A model generated the notes under the pieces. The model was not told where the DNA came from. It did not search any database and worked only from the letters and a program-made list of their open reading frames with translations. Below, piece after piece: positions 1 to 12,226 of a stretch of 64,000 nucleotides of DNA (the stretch's first letter is position 1; each line of letters begins with the position of its first letter). Source of the DNA: an uncultured Nitrospiraceae bacterium (GTDB lineage Bacteria > Nitrospirota > Thermodesulfovibrionia > Thermodesulfovibrionales > SM23-35); assembly GCA_963727775.1 (NCBI GenBank), contig CAVSHB010000001.1, positions 1,088,001 through 1,152,000 of the forward strand. Direction: 5' to 3'. The position numbers were made by a program, and so were the translations under genes.

Positions 1-2552
1 TTCTGTAAGATCTCATCTAATGGTATATTTTCCAGTGATTCACTCAGAATCATGTTGATCGTAGTCTCGATAAAGTAGTTATCATGAAGCTCTGCTTCTG
101 ATGCCAGCAGCGCCTTCTCTGCTTTTTTGCGCTTTGTGATATCCCTGAATATCCCTCTGCAGGAAACAAATTTCCCGTCTTTGAACGAGGGACTCATATT
201 ACCTTCTATATATAATTCTCTTCCATCTTTTGAAACATAAATAGTCTCCATCTGTTCAATAGTTTCACCTTTTGCAATTCTTCTGAAATTCTCCATGCAA
301 TGAGATATTTGTTCTTTCTTAACAATATCGGTGAAGTGCAGTCGTTTTGTTTCCTCTTCCGTGAATCCTAATATCTCAAGCCATTTTCGGTTCACATATA
401 AATACTTACCTTCTGCGTCAACGATTTGGATCAGATCGTTGGCGTTTTCAAAGAGATCCTTAAATCTCTCTTCACTTTCCTTTAGTGCCTTTTCTGTATT
501 CTTCCGCTCGGTGATATCATCTCCGGAACTGAGTGTCCCGGCAATATTTCCTGATTCATCTTTTAATACAGTATTGTGCCAAGCGATAATCTTCTCTGCT
601 CCACTTTTTGTCAAAACTGAGTTTTCAAAATATTCAACTGCCTCAACTTCTCCCGCTATTATCTTTGCAAAAACAGTTTTAACGCTATCCCTATCCTGTT
701 CTGGCACAAAATTATCAGACCAGTTCTTACCAAGAATTTCTTGTTCGGAATAGCCCAAGATGTCACTTCCCTTTTTATTTATAAGCGTGACTTTTTGTTC
801 AGCATCAATGGCCAACAGAATTACACTCGCAACATCAAGATATGTTTGTGCCTTATCTCTTTCTTTTCGTAGCGTTTCTTTTATTAATTTGCGCTGGATA
901 ATTCTCCACATCCCTTCCATCAAGAGTGTCAGTTGCCGAACATCCGCTACATCATAGTCAGAAAGCTTATTGCTTACTCCCGCAACGATTACTATGTGAT
1001 CTCCATCAAAAATGGGAACATTCATATGGCGTGTGAGTTCGACGTGATCTTTGGGATAACCCTTCTTCGACTGATTTGGAGCAGTGTAATCATTGGTGAT
1101 GATTGGCTTGCGCTGGCGTACCGCTTCTCCCCAGAGTCCGGGTGTTTCAACTGGATAAATTATGGGCTTATCCGCAATGCGACATTCTTCCAGTACACTT
1201 TTTGACCAAGAGTACATTGTTAACACCGTCTCATCATCATTCATGAATGCAAGATATCCAAGTTTGCTTTCCGTCAGGCGAATCGCTTCTTCCAAGGCAA
1301 AATCCGATACCTCCTTAAATGACGCATCCGGCATATGGTTCAACGTCAGCAGAGCCTCCAAGCGGGATTCATTTAATCTCAAAGATTTTTCTGCTATCTT
1401 GCGCTCCGTGATATCACGGGTAACGCTTAGGACTAATTTTTTATCGTCTACTTCAATAATGCGAGCATGTACTTCAATCGGTAATATAGATCCATCTTTA
1501 CGGAAATGAGCAGATTCAAAGGTGACTTCACCCTTTTCCATGAGTTCTTGCATTCGTAGATCAACGAGTTTTGCATACTCTGGATTGTCAAAATCCTTAA
1601 GGTTCATTGCCATCAACTCACCTTTAGTATATCCACGAGATTTGTAAGCCGCTCCATTTATGTAAATTAAATTACCTCCAAGATCAAGCAAAAAGATTGA
1701 ATCGGTAGCAGCATCCAAAAGTTGTGCTTCTAATTTCAGCGCCTCTTCAGAACGTTTACGTTCTGTTATGTCTCTAACAGCAGATAGAATCATTGGTTTT
1801 CCATGAAGCTCAAATAACCGGTTACTGATCTCGACAGGAATCTTACGCCCATCTTTGCTCACGTGAATGCCTTCCCAAGTGGCATGTCCTTCTTCGAATA
1901 GTTTCCTTAAAATTGTAGGAACATTTGCAAGAGTTTCTTGAGCGTCAATTTGGTGAACATTCATTTGTAATAGTTCCTCACGGCTATAACCCAGATAGTG
2001 GCAGGCTCTATCGTTCACTTCAATGATGCGGCCTGAAGCACTGGCATCCGGCATGACTTCATGCACAAATATTGCGTCACTGACGTTATTGAAAAGTAAC
2101 CGACACCGTTCCTCTCTCTCACGTAACTTCTGGTTTGTTTGTTTACGTTCAGTAACGTCTCTCACTACTTCGATGCCCGCTATGATTTCCCCTTTTGAAT
2201 CTTTCAAAGGAGATGTTGTAATCTCCAAATATCTTGTTCCCATATCAGTATATAGTTCCCTTTGCACTGCGTGAACTTTGCCATCCCTGAAAGTGAGAGC
2301 TACAGGACACCCACCGCATATACCCTCTTTTTTCGCATATGCCTTATAACAGTACTCCCCTACGTGGTCTCCCATCATATCTTTATGGACTTGATTCTCA
2401 TAAAGAACCCTGAAAGTCCTGTCCACAACAGCGATACCATCTCCTATTGCTGCAAGCATTCCTTCTGACTTAGCTATCTCTTTGATCACACGTACAGTAG
2501 TTTTTCTTGCAGTCTCTTTGATTTGTTCTCTTTCGGAGTTTGGTTTTTTCAT
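1..2552 (-). CDS. Multi-PAS/GAF sensor protein (probably a histidine kinase), 3' end runs off the window
   Basis: Hand translation from ATG at 2552 (MKKPNSERE...) stays open to the window edge. It shows repeated PAS/PAC motifs (VRDVTERK, VRDITERK, TRDITERK, GDDITERK, FRDITKRK) and a GAF segment (GLWGEAVRQRKPIITNDY). Absent from the ORF track because there is no stop in the window. Confidence 0.85.
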   Translation of the reverse strand, partial: MKKPNSEREQIKETARKTTVRVIKEIAKSEGMLAAIGDGIAVVDRTFRVLYENQVHKDMMGDHVGEYCYKAYAKKEGICGGCPVALTFRDGKVHAVQRELYTDMGTRYLEITTSPLKDSKGEIIAGIEVVRDVTERKQTNQKLREREERCRLLFNNVSDAIFVHEVMPDASASGRIIEVNDRACHYLGYSREELLQMNVHQIDAQETLANVPTILRKLFEEGHATWEGIHVSKDGRKIPVEISNRLFELHGKPMILSAVRDITERKRSEEALKLEAQLLDAATDSIFLLDLGGNLIYINGAAYKSRGYTKGELMAMNLKDFDNPEYAKLVDLRMQELMEKGEVTFESAHFRKDGSILPIEVHARIIEVDDKKLVLSVTRDITERKIAEKSLRLNESRLEALLTLNHMPDASFKEVSDFALEEAIRLTESKLGYLAFMNDDETVLTMYSWSKSVLEECRIADKPIIYPVETPGLWGEAVRQRKPIITNDYTAPNQSKKGYPKDHVELTRHMNVPIFDGDHIVIVAGVSNKLSDYDVADVRQLTLLMEGMWRIIQRKLIKETLRKERDKAQTYLDVASVILLAIDAEQKVTLINKKGSDILGYSEQEILGKNWSDNFVPEQDRDSVKTVFAKIIAGEVEAVEYFENSVLTKSGAEKIIAWHNTVLKDESGNIAGTLSSGDDITERKNTEKALKESEERFKDLFENANDLIQIVDAEGKYLYVNRKWLEILGFTEEETKRLHFTDIVKKEQISHCMENFRRIAKGETIEQMETIYVSKDGRELYIEGNMSPSFKDGKFVSCRGIFRDITKRKKAEKALLASEAELHDNYFIETTINMILSESLENIPLDEILQ

Positions 2553-2872
2553 TTCAGTCACCTAATACCTACCGCTGCAAATTCTCCACCTATATGGTTA
2601 GAACTTTAGCCATATTTTACAGGTATTTCTTATTTTATAGATATAGCTTGAACTGTTGCATTAATGATATGAAGTTCAAAATTTTTTTAGGAAGCAACTC
2701 ACCCCCATCACTGGAAGCATTAGGTTGTGAGTTATTTTTCGTAAGCAGCAAGGGATATACGAATCTGCCTGAATCCTCTGACATGAGAAAAAGAAGAAAA
2801 CCCCTGATATTAAGGCAATAGTTTATAATATCAAGGGCTTGGGTAAATTAGCGGCAAAGGGCTATTTTGTTA

Positions 2873-2923
2873 TTAGTATCCAGTGGGTAACTCCGTAGGG
2901 GGGCAACTCCCCTTTCGCCACCA
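2873..2923 (+). pseudogene. Degenerate 3' half of a tRNA-Leu (likely att-site duplication)
   Basis: TTAG-TA-TCCAG-TGGGTAACTCCGT-AGGGG-GGCAACT-CCCCT-TTCGCC-ACCA resembles anticodon loop/stem, long variable arm, T-arm (TT>GG in loop) and ACCA end; no 5' half is present. Confidence 0.6.
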
Positions 2924-2941
2924 CCAATAGAGTCAGCTTGA

Positions 2942-4057
<1,116 letters not shown>

Positions 4058-4072
4058 GGTCATTATAGGCAG

Positions 4073-5428
4073 CTACAGAATCGGCAGATATCTTTCTATT
4101 TCGTAGGGGTGGATTCTTATACGGTAGTCATCCCACTCGACCTTCTTGCTTGTTATAAACTGTTCAAAGATGTGGTCGCCGAGCGTCTCTCTCAGGAGTT
4201 CACTTTTTTCAGCATATTCTATCGCCCTGTAAAGATTTCCAGGCAAAGTCTCGATGTTATATCTCTGCCTCTCGTCCCCTGACAGATGGTAAACGTCCAT
4301 TTCTACAGGGTCAGGCAGCGTATACCCTTTCTCTACGCCTTCAAGCCCTGCGTTCAGCATACAGGCAAAGGCCAGGTAAGGGTTACAGGAAGGGTCCGGT
4401 GAGCGAAGTTCAATGCGGGTCGCCTTTTCCTTCCCGGGCTTGTAGAGCGGTACCCTCACGAGTGTCGACCTGTTTCGCCGGGCCCAGCATATATATACGG
4501 GAGCTTCATAACCGGGTACAAGCCTCTTGTAAGAGTTGACCCATTGGTTCAGGACCAGGGTTATTTCCTTTATATGGGTAAGGAGTCCGGCAATATATTT
4601 CTTGGCTGTGTCGGAGAGAAAATACTGGTCCTTCGGGTCGAAGAAGGCGTTTTGATTTCCCTTAAACAGGGACTGGTGCGTGTGCATGCCGCTTCCGTTC
4701 TGGCCGAATATGGGTTTCGGCATGAAGGTGGCATAGACGTTATATTGCTTGGCTATTTCCTTTACGGTAATCCTGTGGGTCATAACGATATCGGCCATTG
4801 TCAATGCGTCCTCATACCGCAGGTCTATTTCATGCTGTGAATGTGCAACCTCATGATGGGAATATTCAACCTGGATCCCCATTGTTTCCAAAGCGAGGAT
4901 GGTGTCACGCCTGAGATCTTCCGCGGCATCAAGCGGATAATCGAAGTACCCGCCTTCATCGAGCGTTTCGGTGTTTTTATCGGTTTTAAAATAGAAATAC
5001 TCAAGTTCAGGTCCTACGTGAAAAGAAAACCCCTTCTGTTTTGCCTTTTCGAGGTTTACCTTAAGGATGTACCGGGGGTCGCCCTTATACGGTGACCCGT
5101 CAGGCTCGTAAATATCGCAGAACATCCTCGCAACCGCTTTTTCCTTGGGCCTCCACGGGAGCATAGCAAAGGTGGAAGGGTCGGGTCTTGCGATCATGTC
5201 GCTCTCGTCGATCCTTGCAAAGCCCTTAATAGAGGAACCGTCAAAGCCCATCCCCTCATTAAAGGCGAGCTCAAGTTCATCAACGGGGACCGCGAAACTC
5301 TTCAGCTGGCCGTGAATGTCGGTGAACCAGAGCCTTACAAATTTCACGTCATATTGCTTTACGAGTTCCATCACATCTTTTCTGTCCCTCGTTTTTTTCG
5401 TGATATTCTTGATTTTTGTATTAGCCAC
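4073..5428 (-). CDS. glnA: Glutamine synthetase type I
   Basis: FDGSSIKGF, HHEVA, ATFMPKPIFGQNGSGMH, NSYKRLVPGYEAP, RIELRSPDPSCNPY. Confidence 0.93.
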   Translation of the reverse strand: MANTKIKNITKKTRDRKDVMELVKQYDVKFVRLWFTDIHGQLKSFAVPVDELELAFNEGMGFDGSSIKGFARIDESDMIARPDPSTFAMLPWRPKEKAVARMFCDIYEPDGSPYKGDPRYILKVNLEKAKQKGFSFHVGPELEYFYFKTDKNTETLDEGGYFDYPLDAAEDLRRDTILALETMGIQVEYSHHEVAHSQHEIDLRYEDALTMADIVMTHRITVKEIAKQYNVYATFMPKPIFGQNGSGMHTHQSLFKGNQNAFFDPKDQYFLSDTAKKYIAGLLTHIKEITLVLNQWVNSYKRLVPGYEAPVYICWARRNRSTLVRVPLYKPGKEKATRIELRSPDPSCNPYLAFACMLNAGLEGVEKGYTLPDPVEMDVYHLSGDERQRYNIETLPGNLYRAIEYAEKSELLRETLGDHIFEQFITSKKVEWDDYRIRIHPYEIERYLPIL

Positions 5429-5460
5429 AGTAACCTCCTTATGTTAAACTTTGTAACCGG

Positions 5461-6156
5461 TTACCCTTTCGGGAAAAAAGCCTGATAGAAATTCATTGCC
5501 CTGCCGGAGTATTCTTCATGGATATTTTCTGTGTCCTCTATCATCTTTTTTGCATCTGGACTGTCTTTAAACCATTCTGCGATAACATCTTTGGTGACCT
5601 CCATATGGAACTGGAAACCGTATATATTATCGGCAAACCTGAAAGCCTGATTTTTATACAGACTGGAGCTTGCCAATAATACGGCGCCGGGAGGCAGGTC
5701 GAATGTATCGCCGTGCCAGTGGAAGACCTTGAACTTCCTCCAGAAGTCTCCTACCTGGGGGTGGATCGCGATCCTTCTGATGAGAGGGTCTTTAAGCCCT
5801 TCTCCCGTGAGCTCGATATGGTACCACCCGATTTCTTTCTCCGGGCCGGGATAAACTTCAGCTCCAAGACAACGTGCGATCATCTGAGAGCCGAGGCATA
5901 TTCCGAGGACTTTCATGTCCCTGTTTATGGCCTCTCTGATGATACGCGACCCTACCAAGAGGTGGGGATATTTTCCCATTTCGTATACGCCCATAGGCCC
6001 GCCCAATACTATGAGTGTATCGAATCTTTCCAACAAAGGAGGTGTCTCTCCCGAACCGAGTTCGACGATTGCAAAGGGAATGTCCTTTGCTCTGAGGAAA
6101 TCCTCAATTGTCCCGGGTCCTTCAGAGGGAATGTTCTTAAGTATTAAAACAGCCAT
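5461..6156 (-). CDS. Class I glutamine amidotransferase
   Basis: LGGPMGVY, LGICLGSQ (catalytic Cys), FHWHGDTFDLP, GFQFHME. Confidence 0.9.
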   Translation of the reverse strand: MAVLILKNIPSEGPGTIEDFLRAKDIPFAIVELGSGETPPLLERFDTLIVLGGPMGVYEMGKYPHLLVGSRIIREAINRDMKVLGICLGSQMIARCLGAEVYPGPEKEIGWYHIELTGEGLKDPLIRRIAIHPQVGDFWRKFKVFHWHGDTFDLPPGAVLLASSSLYKNQAFRFADNIYGFQFHMEVTKDVIAEWFKDSPDAKKMIEDTENIHEEYSGRAMNFYQAFFPKG

Positions 6157-6164
6157 ATGTTTTT

Positions 6165-9005
6165 TTATCCGTAAAACCTGGTCGTGATCTCAATTACTTT
6201 ACGTCTTGTATCTTCAATAGCGTCAAACAGCTCATCTGTTGATTGAAAGTTGAGGAATTGTATAATTATAGCAATAACCTCGGAATTAGTCTTTACTAAA
6301 TCCTCTTCATTAAGCCTTAATAATGTATCGAGAGTTTTCAGAAATTTGTGTGACTGAAACAGTATTCCAGCCGAATCCTTATCGATAATAGTATGTTGTT
6401 CAAGTTTCTTTAAAGCCGTAACCGTATTATGCGCTATAAGGGAGGGAAGGCGGGCGGCGTGTTTCAGTTGAAGATATTGTATGAGGAATTCCATTTCCTT
6501 GATCCCTCCGGGACCGTTTTTAATGTCATACCCTGAGGACTCCAGGGAAATTTCATGTATAATCCTTTTTCTCATATCTTTTATATCGGCGCTCCTTATT
6601 TCTTTTCCTCGTTGAATAATTATTTGCCGTCGCAGTCGCTGGAACGTCCTTGTAAGATTTATGTCTCCGGCGACAGGCCTTGCCCTGAGAAGTGACTGTA
6701 TTTCCCAGGGATGCGCGGACTTAAGATAATAATTCTTATAACCTTCAATATCATTGACAAGTATCCCCTTTGATCCATCAGGCCTCAGCCGCATATCGAC
6801 TTTATATGCATATCCGTTTGCCGTGTATTCAGTCAGAAATTTGATCAACTCTTCAGCGGTATTTATTCTCCCGCCTATGGCTTTATTTGCACGGTTGCGA
6901 CTGTCCTGAATTCTGATGAAAATCAGGTCAAGGTCGGACCCTATGTTCAATTCACCCGCTCCGAATCCGCCGAAGCCTATGACAGCGAACCCTTTATTTA
7001 TATCAAGGTGATGGACCGTGGCCTTAATAATAATTTCTGCGAGCATGCTCAATGCATGACACAATCCGTATACATCCAGGGACCTTTTCAGGTAAAGCAT
7101 GCCTATCTTCAACTCTTCCGTGACTTTAAATTCCCGGATCACACTTAAGGGATCAGCAGTACGCTTAAGCATGGCTGTCAAACCTTCCTGTAAAGATTTG
7201 TAATATAACCTCATGTCCTGTCTGACGTCGGGATATTCGAAGATGCCTTCAAGGTTTTCAAGGCCGAGCAACAGTCTTGTAAAGTATGTACTTGTGGAGA
7301 ATATATTGACAAGCATTTCCCTGGTGTCGTTTCTCTGGAACAGCAGGTCTATGTAAGACTCATGATTGCCGATCTTCCTGATGAACGCCACGAGCACGTC
7401 CAATACGCGGTCTTTATTGATTGACTTTACTGCCTGCTCAAAAAAAACCGGGACTGTTTTCCTGAGCAGTGCCCTTTCCCTTACAGTCTTTTCTACGGAC
7501 ATCTGGTCCATGATAGCGCTGATGTTTTTTAAAGCCATATCGGGTTTTTTGAAACCTTTAAAAGAGAGGTAGTCGAGTATCGCATTGTCCGGAAGTTCAT
7601 CTTTTAAAGTAAGCAAAACATCGTGCGCGGCATCAGTCCCTCCGAGAAGGGAATTATACATATCTCTTACCTTCAATCTTTTCAGTCTGAGTTCATAGGC
7701 AAATTCCTTTTCATTCTCAAATTGCATCTTCTTTGACAGTATGAAAAAATCATCGGGGTTTGTAGGCAGAGAATAGGTCTGTAAGTCATCTTTCATCTGG
7801 AGAATGTGCTCGATTCTTCTTAAAAAGATATAGCTGTCTGAGAGTGTCCCGGCTTCATCCCCGGTCAGTAATCCTTCTTTTGACAACTCGGCGAGAACGG
7901 CAGGGATTGTGTTTTGCCTCAATAATTTATTCTCGCCGCCGTATAAAAGCTGAAAGGTCTGCGCAAAGAATTCTATTTCTCTGATTCCGCCGTATCCGCG
8001 CTTTATGTCATTTGTGTCGAATATGGAGTCGATCTTCTTTTTAAGTTCCCTGATCTCGTCTATATCGTTGTAGTCAAGCGACCTCTTCCATACAAATGGC
8101 TCGATGGAATTTATGAATATCCCGCCGGTTATGTAATCGCCGGCAACAGGCCTTGCGCGGATCAAAGCGATTCTCTCCCAAGTCTTTCCCCATGATTCGT
8201 AATATGAACGATAGGAATCGAGAGAAAGGGAAGACGGGCCTTTCTGACCGTTCGGCCTCAGTCTGAGATCAATTCTGTAAGCAATTCCGTCTTCAGTCGG
8301 TGATTGAAGGAGATTAGTCAGAATTTCGGTAAGCGTGCAAAAATATTCATGAGCTGAAATCTTATTGTGCCGGATACCGAAAGGGTTGAGTGTCCCTGTG
8401 GAAATGCTATCTTCCGACCGGTATACGGTAATGATATCTATATCAGAGCTATAATTTAATTCGCGACCACCCAGCTTTCCCATGCCGATGATTGAAAAAG
8501 CGTTTTCTCTCATAAGTCCGAATTTTCTTCTCATGAGAGTGAATGACATGTCAAGCGCCAATTCCAGCAATACCTCCGACAGGACACTTAATTCCGACAT
8601 GCACTCATTCAGGCTTGCAACGCCTGAGATATCTTTAATTGTTATGATGAGGAGATAGTATTTTTTTATTTCCCGGAGGAGTTTCATTGCGTTCCGCTTA
8701 TATAACTGAGTATTGTTCTCGTTGCGGAATGCGGCATATGTATCGCGAGATTCCGAAAAAATATTCTGTTTATCAATAGCCTTGTGGAGGTCCTTAAATA
8801 CACGAGAAAGGCTTGCCGGATTACTTATACAGTAGTCGGCAAGAAACTGGCTGTAGGCAAATAATCCGGCAATGCCTTCTATTCGGTCCCCGTGCTTCTC
8901 AAAAATATCAGGCGCCTCCTGCAAGAGCCTTTCCATGTTCTTGAGTGCCCTCTTAGGATCAGGGGTTGTGCAGGACGCATTTGTTATTATGTTGTTTATA
9001 TTCAT
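6165..9005 (-). CDS. glnE: Glutamine synthetase adenylyltransferase/adenylyl-removing enzyme
   Basis: Two nucleotidyltransferase repeats: GMGKLGGRELNYSSDID...RIDLRLRP and GFGAGELNIGSDLD...KVDMRLRP; ATG at 9005. Confidence 0.93.
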   Translation of the reverse strand: MNINNIITNASCTTPDPKRALKNMERLLQEAPDIFEKHGDRIEGIAGLFAYSQFLADYCISNPASLSRVFKDLHKAIDKQNIFSESRDTYAAFRNENNTQLYKRNAMKLLREIKKYYLLIITIKDISGVASLNECMSELSVLSEVLLELALDMSFTLMRRKFGLMRENAFSIIGMGKLGGRELNYSSDIDIITVYRSEDSISTGTLNPFGIRHNKISAHEYFCTLTEILTNLLQSPTEDGIAYRIDLRLRPNGQKGPSSLSLDSYRSYYESWGKTWERIALIRARPVAGDYITGGIFINSIEPFVWKRSLDYNDIDEIRELKKKIDSIFDTNDIKRGYGGIREIEFFAQTFQLLYGGENKLLRQNTIPAVLAELSKEGLLTGDEAGTLSDSYIFLRRIEHILQMKDDLQTYSLPTNPDDFFILSKKMQFENEKEFAYELRLKRLKVRDMYNSLLGGTDAAHDVLLTLKDELPDNAILDYLSFKGFKKPDMALKNISAIMDQMSVEKTVRERALLRKTVPVFFEQAVKSINKDRVLDVLVAFIRKIGNHESYIDLLFQRNDTREMLVNIFSTSTYFTRLLLGLENLEGIFEYPDVRQDMRLYYKSLQEGLTAMLKRTADPLSVIREFKVTEELKIGMLYLKRSLDVYGLCHALSMLAEIIIKATVHHLDINKGFAVIGFGGFGAGELNIGSDLDLIFIRIQDSRNRANKAIGGRINTAEELIKFLTEYTANGYAYKVDMRLRPDGSKGILVNDIEGYKNYYLKSAHPWEIQSLLRARPVAGDINLTRTFQRLRRQIIIQRGKEIRSADIKDMRKRIIHEISLESSGYDIKNGPGGIKEMEFLIQYLQLKHAARLPSLIAHNTVTALKKLEQHTIIDKDSAGILFQSHKFLKTLDTLLRLNEEDLVKTNSEVIAIIIQFLNFQSTDELFDAIEDTRRKVIEITTRFYG

Positions 9006-9017
9006 GGAATATTTTGA

Positions 9018-9452
<435 letters not shown>

Positions 9453-9474
9453 CTGTCTATGCGGATCCTGAATA

Positions 9475-10464
9475 TCACTTTGGGAAAGTGAGATCCATGA
9501 TCCTTTTTTTCAGGATCAAGATTTCAAAGGATATGGCAGCTATGGACGCGAGCATAGATAGAAAACCTACATTGGCATTAAGAACCGACTCATTCCCGTT
9601 GTCGACATAAAGAAGCGCAATTATTTTTTCCCTGATATCAATCGGTAATAAGAGCGCATCCTGCGGAGCGCCGGACAGTAAATCTATAAAAGGTTCATTC
9701 CCTTTAATTTTCATTATGGGGCCCCTGTAGCTTTTCTTTGTTTTGAGTACGTCAAAAAAAAGCGGAGAATCTTTTGCTCCTATCTCAAAATTTTCTATAT
9801 CAAGTCCCCTTGCCTTCCATCCGGCGATCTTTTCACCTTTTACAGTGAACAAAGCCACTCGTTTTGCTATCTTATAGGTCTCGCTGATGAGAATCAGCGC
9901 TATGTCTTCAATCTCCTTGACCTCTGTAAACGAGGTCTTAATCTTGTCTACGGAAGTCTCTTCTACTTTTGTATTGGGGGAAAACCGGTCTTCCAGGCTG
10001 ATATATCGCACATCACGCTTTATCCCGTAATGCTTTTCAAGTATAAACAGCAGCCTCATTTCCGTTATGACATATGGAATAATCTCATATCCGGTTCTGA
10101 AACGAAGCTCGTCAATCTCTTTTAAGTCCCTCGGATTCAGCATGGCGGTATGCAGCCTGTTACGGTCTTTCTTGAAAGGTATGATCTTGTATTTTTCTAT
10201 GAGTTCCTTGCCCAGTGAGCTCAGGACTTCTTCCGGGATGGAATTTAGAGCATCAGGTAATACATAAGGCAATTTAAAGTATCTGCTCAGGAACTTCGAT
10301 AACTCTTCCTCTTCAAGAAAATGCAGCTCCACCAGATTGGTCCCGATCCTGCCGCCGAATTGCACCTGCCGCATCAGCGCCTGATCGATCTGCTGCTTTG
10401 TTACCAATGCTTCCCTGATTAGCGCCTCTCCGAGCTTCATCCTTTCTATTATACCTTTTTCCAA
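9475..10464 (-). CDS. MshEN/T2SS-E N-terminal domain protein without ATPase, C-terminal GAF-like region
   Basis: KLGEALIREALVTKQQIDQALMRQ...RIGTNLVEL tandem MshEN-like motif; no Walker A. Confidence 0.75.
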   Translation of the reverse strand: MEKGIIERMKLGEALIREALVTKQQIDQALMRQVQFGGRIGTNLVELHFLEEEELSKFLSRYFKLPYVLPDALNSIPEEVLSSLGKELIEKYKIIPFKKDRNRLHTAMLNPRDLKEIDELRFRTGYEIIPYVITEMRLLFILEKHYGIKRDVRYISLEDRFSPNTKVEETSVDKIKTSFTEVKEIEDIALILISETYKIAKRVALFTVKGEKIAGWKARGLDIENFEIGAKDSPLFFDVLKTKKSYRGPIMKIKGNEPFIDLLSGAPQDALLLPIDIREKIIALLYVDNGNESVLNANVGFLSMLASIAAISFEILILKKRIMDLTFPK

Positions 10465-10561
10465 TTTTATCGGAAAGCATATCAGCTCCTGGTATAATTT
10501 TTAAGGGGGTTGACCTTTTTTTGAAATTGACATAGGGTTATATTATCCATAAAAATAAACC

Positions 10562-12226
10562 ATGGAAGAAGAACTGAAAACAGAGGCAAGTGAGAAGGAC
10601 CTGGAACTTGCCACGGATATCATAAAAACAATTACCAAAGCCGTAAAGACATTCAATGTGTATCCAAAGGACAACCCCATATATCAGAAGTTCGCTGCCG
10701 AGCTTTTCGAAAAATTCAATACTTTCTTTGAAACCAATGATGATTTTTCCATTGATATCGGTCCGTATTCCCTGCTTTATAAAGGCGATGAAGTTTTTTA
10801 CAGCGAAGAAAGGACCGACAATATAGCCCTGCTGCTTTTTGCGGACGGGATCAGACATCTCAATTTTTTCAAGGGCTTAACGTTCGATGAGATTATAGAT
10901 TTTATTGATATCCTGAGGCTTGCGCCGAAATCCGATGCTGATGACGACGATATTGTAACTCTCCTCTGGGAGAAGAATATAAAGAATATGGGTTACTCCG
11001 CAGTAGAAGACACAGTGGATGATTCACTTGCAATCGAGAAAAAGCTTTTCCAGGAGGACGTTATCGAGATCGACGCCGAAGGCGCATCCATAGGCGATAT
11101 CGGTCACACCGGGCTGTTGAAGCGGGACTCCGGCGGAGTTGAAACAGAGCCGTTAACTGAGGAAGAGCTGCTCTTGATAAAATCCGAATTCTCAGAACTC
11201 GAAGAGAATCCTTTGCTTTCCTCTGCCGTCGGACTTTATTTTGAGTTATTGTCTAATGTAACAGAAGCGGAGGTCTTCCCCGAGATGATGCAGAACCTCT
11301 GGAAGATAATCGACATCAGGATGAAGGGGAAAGACATAAAAGGCGCAATCGAGATATTAAATGAGATCAAAACAATTTCGGCGCTTTATCAGTATCCCGG
11401 GCAAAAAGATATAATCAACAGCGTTTTCCAGAAGGTGGGCAATCTTGAAAACCTGAGAATACTCTTCAAGGAAATTTCCGAGGAAGGGGATATAAAGGCA
11501 TATCTGTTTCTTGTCGGAGATAATTCCGTGCCGGACATGATAGAGATGCTGGGCGAGCTTCAGGAAAGGAAACAAAGGAGGTTTCTCTGCGAGGTCCTCG
11601 CTGAGATCGGCAGAAGGGATATTAATGTTTTCTCGGAATCGATTACGGACGAGCGCTGGTTTCTCGCAAGAAACATAGCGATGATTCTCGGCATGATAAA
11701 AGAACCTGCTGCCGTACAATATCTTGAGAAGTTATTGACTCATCCCAATTCTAAAGTAAGAAGAGAGGCCGTGCGGGCGCTGGATGCCATACACTCAGAT
11801 GATACGAAGAAGCTTTTTCTTGCGGCGCTTACGGACGACGACCTTGCCGTAAGGATGACCGGCCTCAGGGCGTTGAGAAGGTTCCAAGACCCTTCACTAT
11901 TCAATATATTGAAAGAGAGTGCATCGCGGGAGGAGTTGAAGAAAAGATCATTCGAGGAAAAAAAGGAAATACTCGAGACGCTTGCCGTGCTCGGAGGAGA
12001 GAGGGCTTTCCCGCTGCTTACGGACCTGTTCAAAAAGAAGGGCTTGATAGAAAAAGAAGAGATTACCGAGATCAGGGCATCTGCCGCATATGGGCTAGGC
12101 ATTATAAAAACACCTGAGGCCATATCCCTCATCGAAAAGGAGACAGGATCGAGAAAGGATATCCTCAGAGAGGCGTGCATTAAGGCATTAAAGGAGTCGC
12201 AACGGGTTGGAAACATTAGAAAGTAA
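10562..12226 (+). CDS. HEAT-repeat protein
   Basis: ERWFLARNIAMILG, SKVRREAVRAL, AVRMTGLRAL, EIRASAAYGLG repeats. Confidence 0.8.
   Translation: MEEELKTEASEKDLELATDIIKTITKAVKTFNVYPKDNPIYQKFAAELFEKFNTFFETNDDFSIDIGPYSLLYKGDEVFYSEERTDNIALLLFADGIRHLNFFKGLTFDEIIDFIDILRLAPKSDADDDDIVTLLWEKNIKNMGYSAVEDTVDDSLAIEKKLFQEDVIEIDAEGASIGDIGHTGLLKRDSGGVETEPLTEEELLLIKSEFSELEENPLLSSAVGLYFELLSNVTEAEVFPEMMQNLWKIIDIRMKGKDIKGAIEILNEIKTISALYQYPGQKDIINSVFQKVGNLENLRILFKEISEEGDIKAYLFLVGDNSVPDMIEMLGELQERKQRRFLCEVLAEIGRRDINVFSESITDERWFLARNIAMILGMIKEPAAVQYLEKLLTHPNSKVRREAVRALDAIHSDDTKKLFLAALTDDDLAVRMTGLRALRRFQDPSLFNILKESASREELKKRSFEEKKEILETLAVLGGERAFPLLTDLFKKKGLIEKEEITEIRASAAYGLGIIKTPEAISLIEKETGSRKDILREACIKALKESQRVGNIRK

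Noticed and set aside
331..2821. Several + strand ORFs in the track
   Set aside because: Mostly antisense shadows of the long minus-strand PAS/GAF gene; no recognisable protein motifs.
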